Part shown: positions 61,580 through 64,000 of the stretch, piece by piece
How positions within the stretch are numbered: position 1 is the first letter of the stretch
Layout of the letters: every line of letters starts with the position of its first letter
Assembly (NCBI GenBank): GCA_002633005.1
Contig: NMRA01000107.1
Coordinates: forward strand, 227,492-291,491
Reading direction: 5' to 3'
From: Phoronis australis
Lineage: Eukaryota > Animalia > Phoronida
DNA: 64,000 nt
The notes under the pieces: model-generated
What the model was told of the DNA's origin: nothing
Seen by the model: the letters and a program-made list of their open reading frames with translations, nothing else
The model's database searches: none
Made by a program: the position numbers and the translations under genes

Positions 61580-63218
61580 TTAGACATCTATGTGAGTCTC
61601 ACTTCCTGGTTCCGTTAGCAACATGTCAGAGACAGGACTGTCAGATACAACACTGTACATTTCAAGTGGCATCTGGAAGCCCTTTTCTGCGGAGTAGCCA
61701 TTGCGGTACTTCTTGAGGGCGGGGCCCCAACTGGGGGCTGGGCGCAACAGGGAATTCAACCTCTGGAAACATACAGTATGTCAGTTTCAGAAACAGATTG
61801 CTGACATCTAACATAATTGAATGAAATCTTTTCAGAAAAGTTGTATTATCAGTTAGAAAGTACACCTTCTGATTTGCTTTAAAAAGAAATATGCCAAATT
61901 TACATCATGAGAGATGTAATGTGCTGAATTACTTTTCTACAATAATACTGTGCAATACTGTGCACTACCAATTTAAGTAAACTCACCCCAATGAAGCTGC
62001 CCTCCGCCTTAATCATAGCGTAGACCATGTAGACAGGTAGAGGAATGATGGAGCATGAAGCTATCGCCCAACCAATACCAATGACATAATTTGGATACCT
62101 GTAACTCCCATAGGTGGGCGTGTCATAGTCCTTCAGGCTGAACACTAGAACGGCCTGGAAACATGAATTAACCAACATGTCATGGTCATCACATGACTAC
62201 TAAGGCTCCTCCACAAACAGCAGCTTTTTAATAAAATTTTATTAAATACAAAACAGTCTTTTCATCACATCTCTTCTCCCCATTAAATCGACTACCAAAA
62301 ATTTTCAATTGACAATTCAAACTGTCAAAGACATTTCCGAAAATTAACTTCCTCCTAACTCTGATGAGAAGTAGATTGTGAAATTGGAAAAAGAATTGGC
62401 ATTTGACTAACTTTCAGACCATGCTTGGCACGGAAAATGACCTGTCAAGTGACCTCAAGCTTGTATTGTCTGTGTTCAACCAATGACAGTGGGGTCTTTT
62501 GAAGGTCAGAGACCACTACTAATTAGTAACAAGACCAACAGAGGGGGTTGATGTGTGCCCACCATGCGCCTTGTACACAACACAGAGACAAGAGATGATC
62601 ATTATTTCACACATCCCCATTAACTTAAAATACCTTTAAGGAGTGCAAAGCATGACAACAATGGCCTCTTTAATAGGCAAATGCCTGCCACCTTTCATAA
62701 TTATAGTAAGATTGGCGATGAAGAACAGACACAAAAATACTTAAAAGGCCACTAGGGGGCACAGTGTAGGTCAAACATGGCAGGTACTAGTAATGCAGCA
62801 AATAAGTTTCCCTTAAATTTGCCAGTAAGTAGATGTTCCCCGAAGTACCCTTTTATGGAAAATAGTACATTCAAGTAAATGCGTCTTATTTATAAATGAT
62901 TAACTTTCGAAACTTTAGACCTTACTGTCAACTCCTTGTGGTCGTATTTTCTTGCATTTCGAAGTTTATTGGATGACCTGTGTGACCATGGTGGTCTGGG
63001 TCAGAGTTAGGTCATAGATGGGTATTCGATATGTTTTTTAACTACTAATTTCATGCGAAACGAAATTCACCAACGTAACAAGTGGAGTGACTCCCTCCAC
63101 AACACCTGCAGACTCACCAACATAACAACTGGAGTGATCACTCTCCACAACACCTCCCAGGCCACAGTCGGAGTACTGCCAACCATGAGACCAATCTCCT
63201 GGCGAAGTCGAGATGCAC
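61580..63218 (-). CDS. SLC6 sodium- and chloride-dependent neurotransmitter/amino-acid transporter, last three coding exons (5' part outside window)
   Basis: Exons (minus strand) 63218-63118 (GASRLRQEIGLMVGSTPTVAWEVLWRVITPVVML), 62154-61987 (AVLVFSLKDYDTPTYGSYRYPNYVIGIGWAIASCSIIPLPVY...GSFIG) and 61762-61580 (RLNSLLRPAPSWGPA...ETHIDV*). GT-AG, in phase. W-x-x-I-T-P, YGSYRYP...GW and P...WGP are SLC6 TM11-TM12 and C-tail hallmarks; amino-acid/glycine/proline subfamily is likely but not resolved. Confidence 0.88.
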
Positions 63219-63299
63219 CTGCAAAATATGGGCAAAGGTGACATTTAACTAAAGCGTACTTGTTAGAACGTTGTGCAATGGAAGATTTACAAAATTGCT

Positions 63300-64000
63300 A
63301 GATTTGAACATTTGAGTAGATGCATCATTCTGAAGGTTTCAGCAATGTTTAACAAAATTAATCAAAATGGGTGCTCCTCAGGCTCTAAATCGACTAGCAT
63401 TTTGGGATACTCATTGTCATTTCCATAGGAGCACGTAGGTCATATTTTGCAATGATCCTTCAAATGATTACGAACATACAGCCCTGGATGAAAAAATCAA
63501 ATATTATACCTAACGGAAACCTTCCAAAAATCAATGTCAGAGAGTCTTCTTCTCAACAGGAACATAACTGCCAATTTTCATAAAGATCCTTAGAGTGATA
63601 TGGCAGTCATAAACATACGCACACATTTGTAAATGGTTACCAGGTGGCAAAGAAAACATCAAAATCCATCCCAAAATGGGGAGGCATTGTCGTCTCCTTT
63701 ATACAAACCTGTTTGTCGAATATTATGAAAATAGATTCATGAATTCCGAAGATAGAGGTAAAAGTACAAAAATAAAAATTGCCACAAGAGGGCACAGTGG
63801 TATTTGGATCAGTTCGACACTTGCTACCATTTGTCGTTGGCTCCACAGAAATACATCTTCAGAAAACTCGATCCTTCAAAGGGTTAACAACATTCGCCAC
63901 AGACGCAAAAAAACAAAATCGCCACCAGAGGGTGAAACAGTAGTCGGACACATTTGAAAGTCAATGTCAGTCATTCTCATCAGGAACATAGCTGTAAGTT
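63300..64000 (+). repeat. Same multi-subunit repeat family in an SLC6 intron
   Basis: Recurrent AGGAACATA...TGCCAATTTTCATAAAGATCC and AAAATTGCCAC(A/C)AGAGGG subunits, as at 11694-14510. Confidence 0.55.

Overview
Eukaryotic genomic DNA from a draft assembly: GT-AG introns, N gaps, and two duplications joined by a single N that look like both haplotypes written in tandem. The gene set suggests a marine invertebrate bilaterian, possibly a lophotrochozoan (inference only). Five protein-coding loci were reconstructed by hand, with phase-consistent splice sites in the four spliced ones: R3HDM4 (+, 7 exons, 3040-9247); TCEANC2 (-, 4 exons, 11456-19183, exon 2 present twice); an MFSD2A/B-like lysolipid transporter (+, 13 exons, 26764-50621); an intronless FMRFamide-receptor-like class A GPCR (+, 53765-54955); and the last three coding exons of an SLC6 transporter (-, 61580-63218, continuing beyond the window). 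Introns and intergenic DNA are dense with non-autonomous DNA transposons: two decayed THAP-bearing Kolobok-like copies, CA..TG MITEs with about 5-bp TSDs, a Harbinger-like MITE, foldback elements, and a multi-subunit repeat carrying CTCF-like motifs. I found no CRISPR array, intact RNA gene or clearly novel multi-gene system. The best leads are regulatory or structural: the CTCF-motif repeat family, an inverted repeat pair around an in-frame 3-exon cassette of the MFSD2-like gene, lysosomal/PDZ sorting motifs on that protein, and a presence/absence MITE polymorphism. All homology calls are from remembered family sequences, not database searches.
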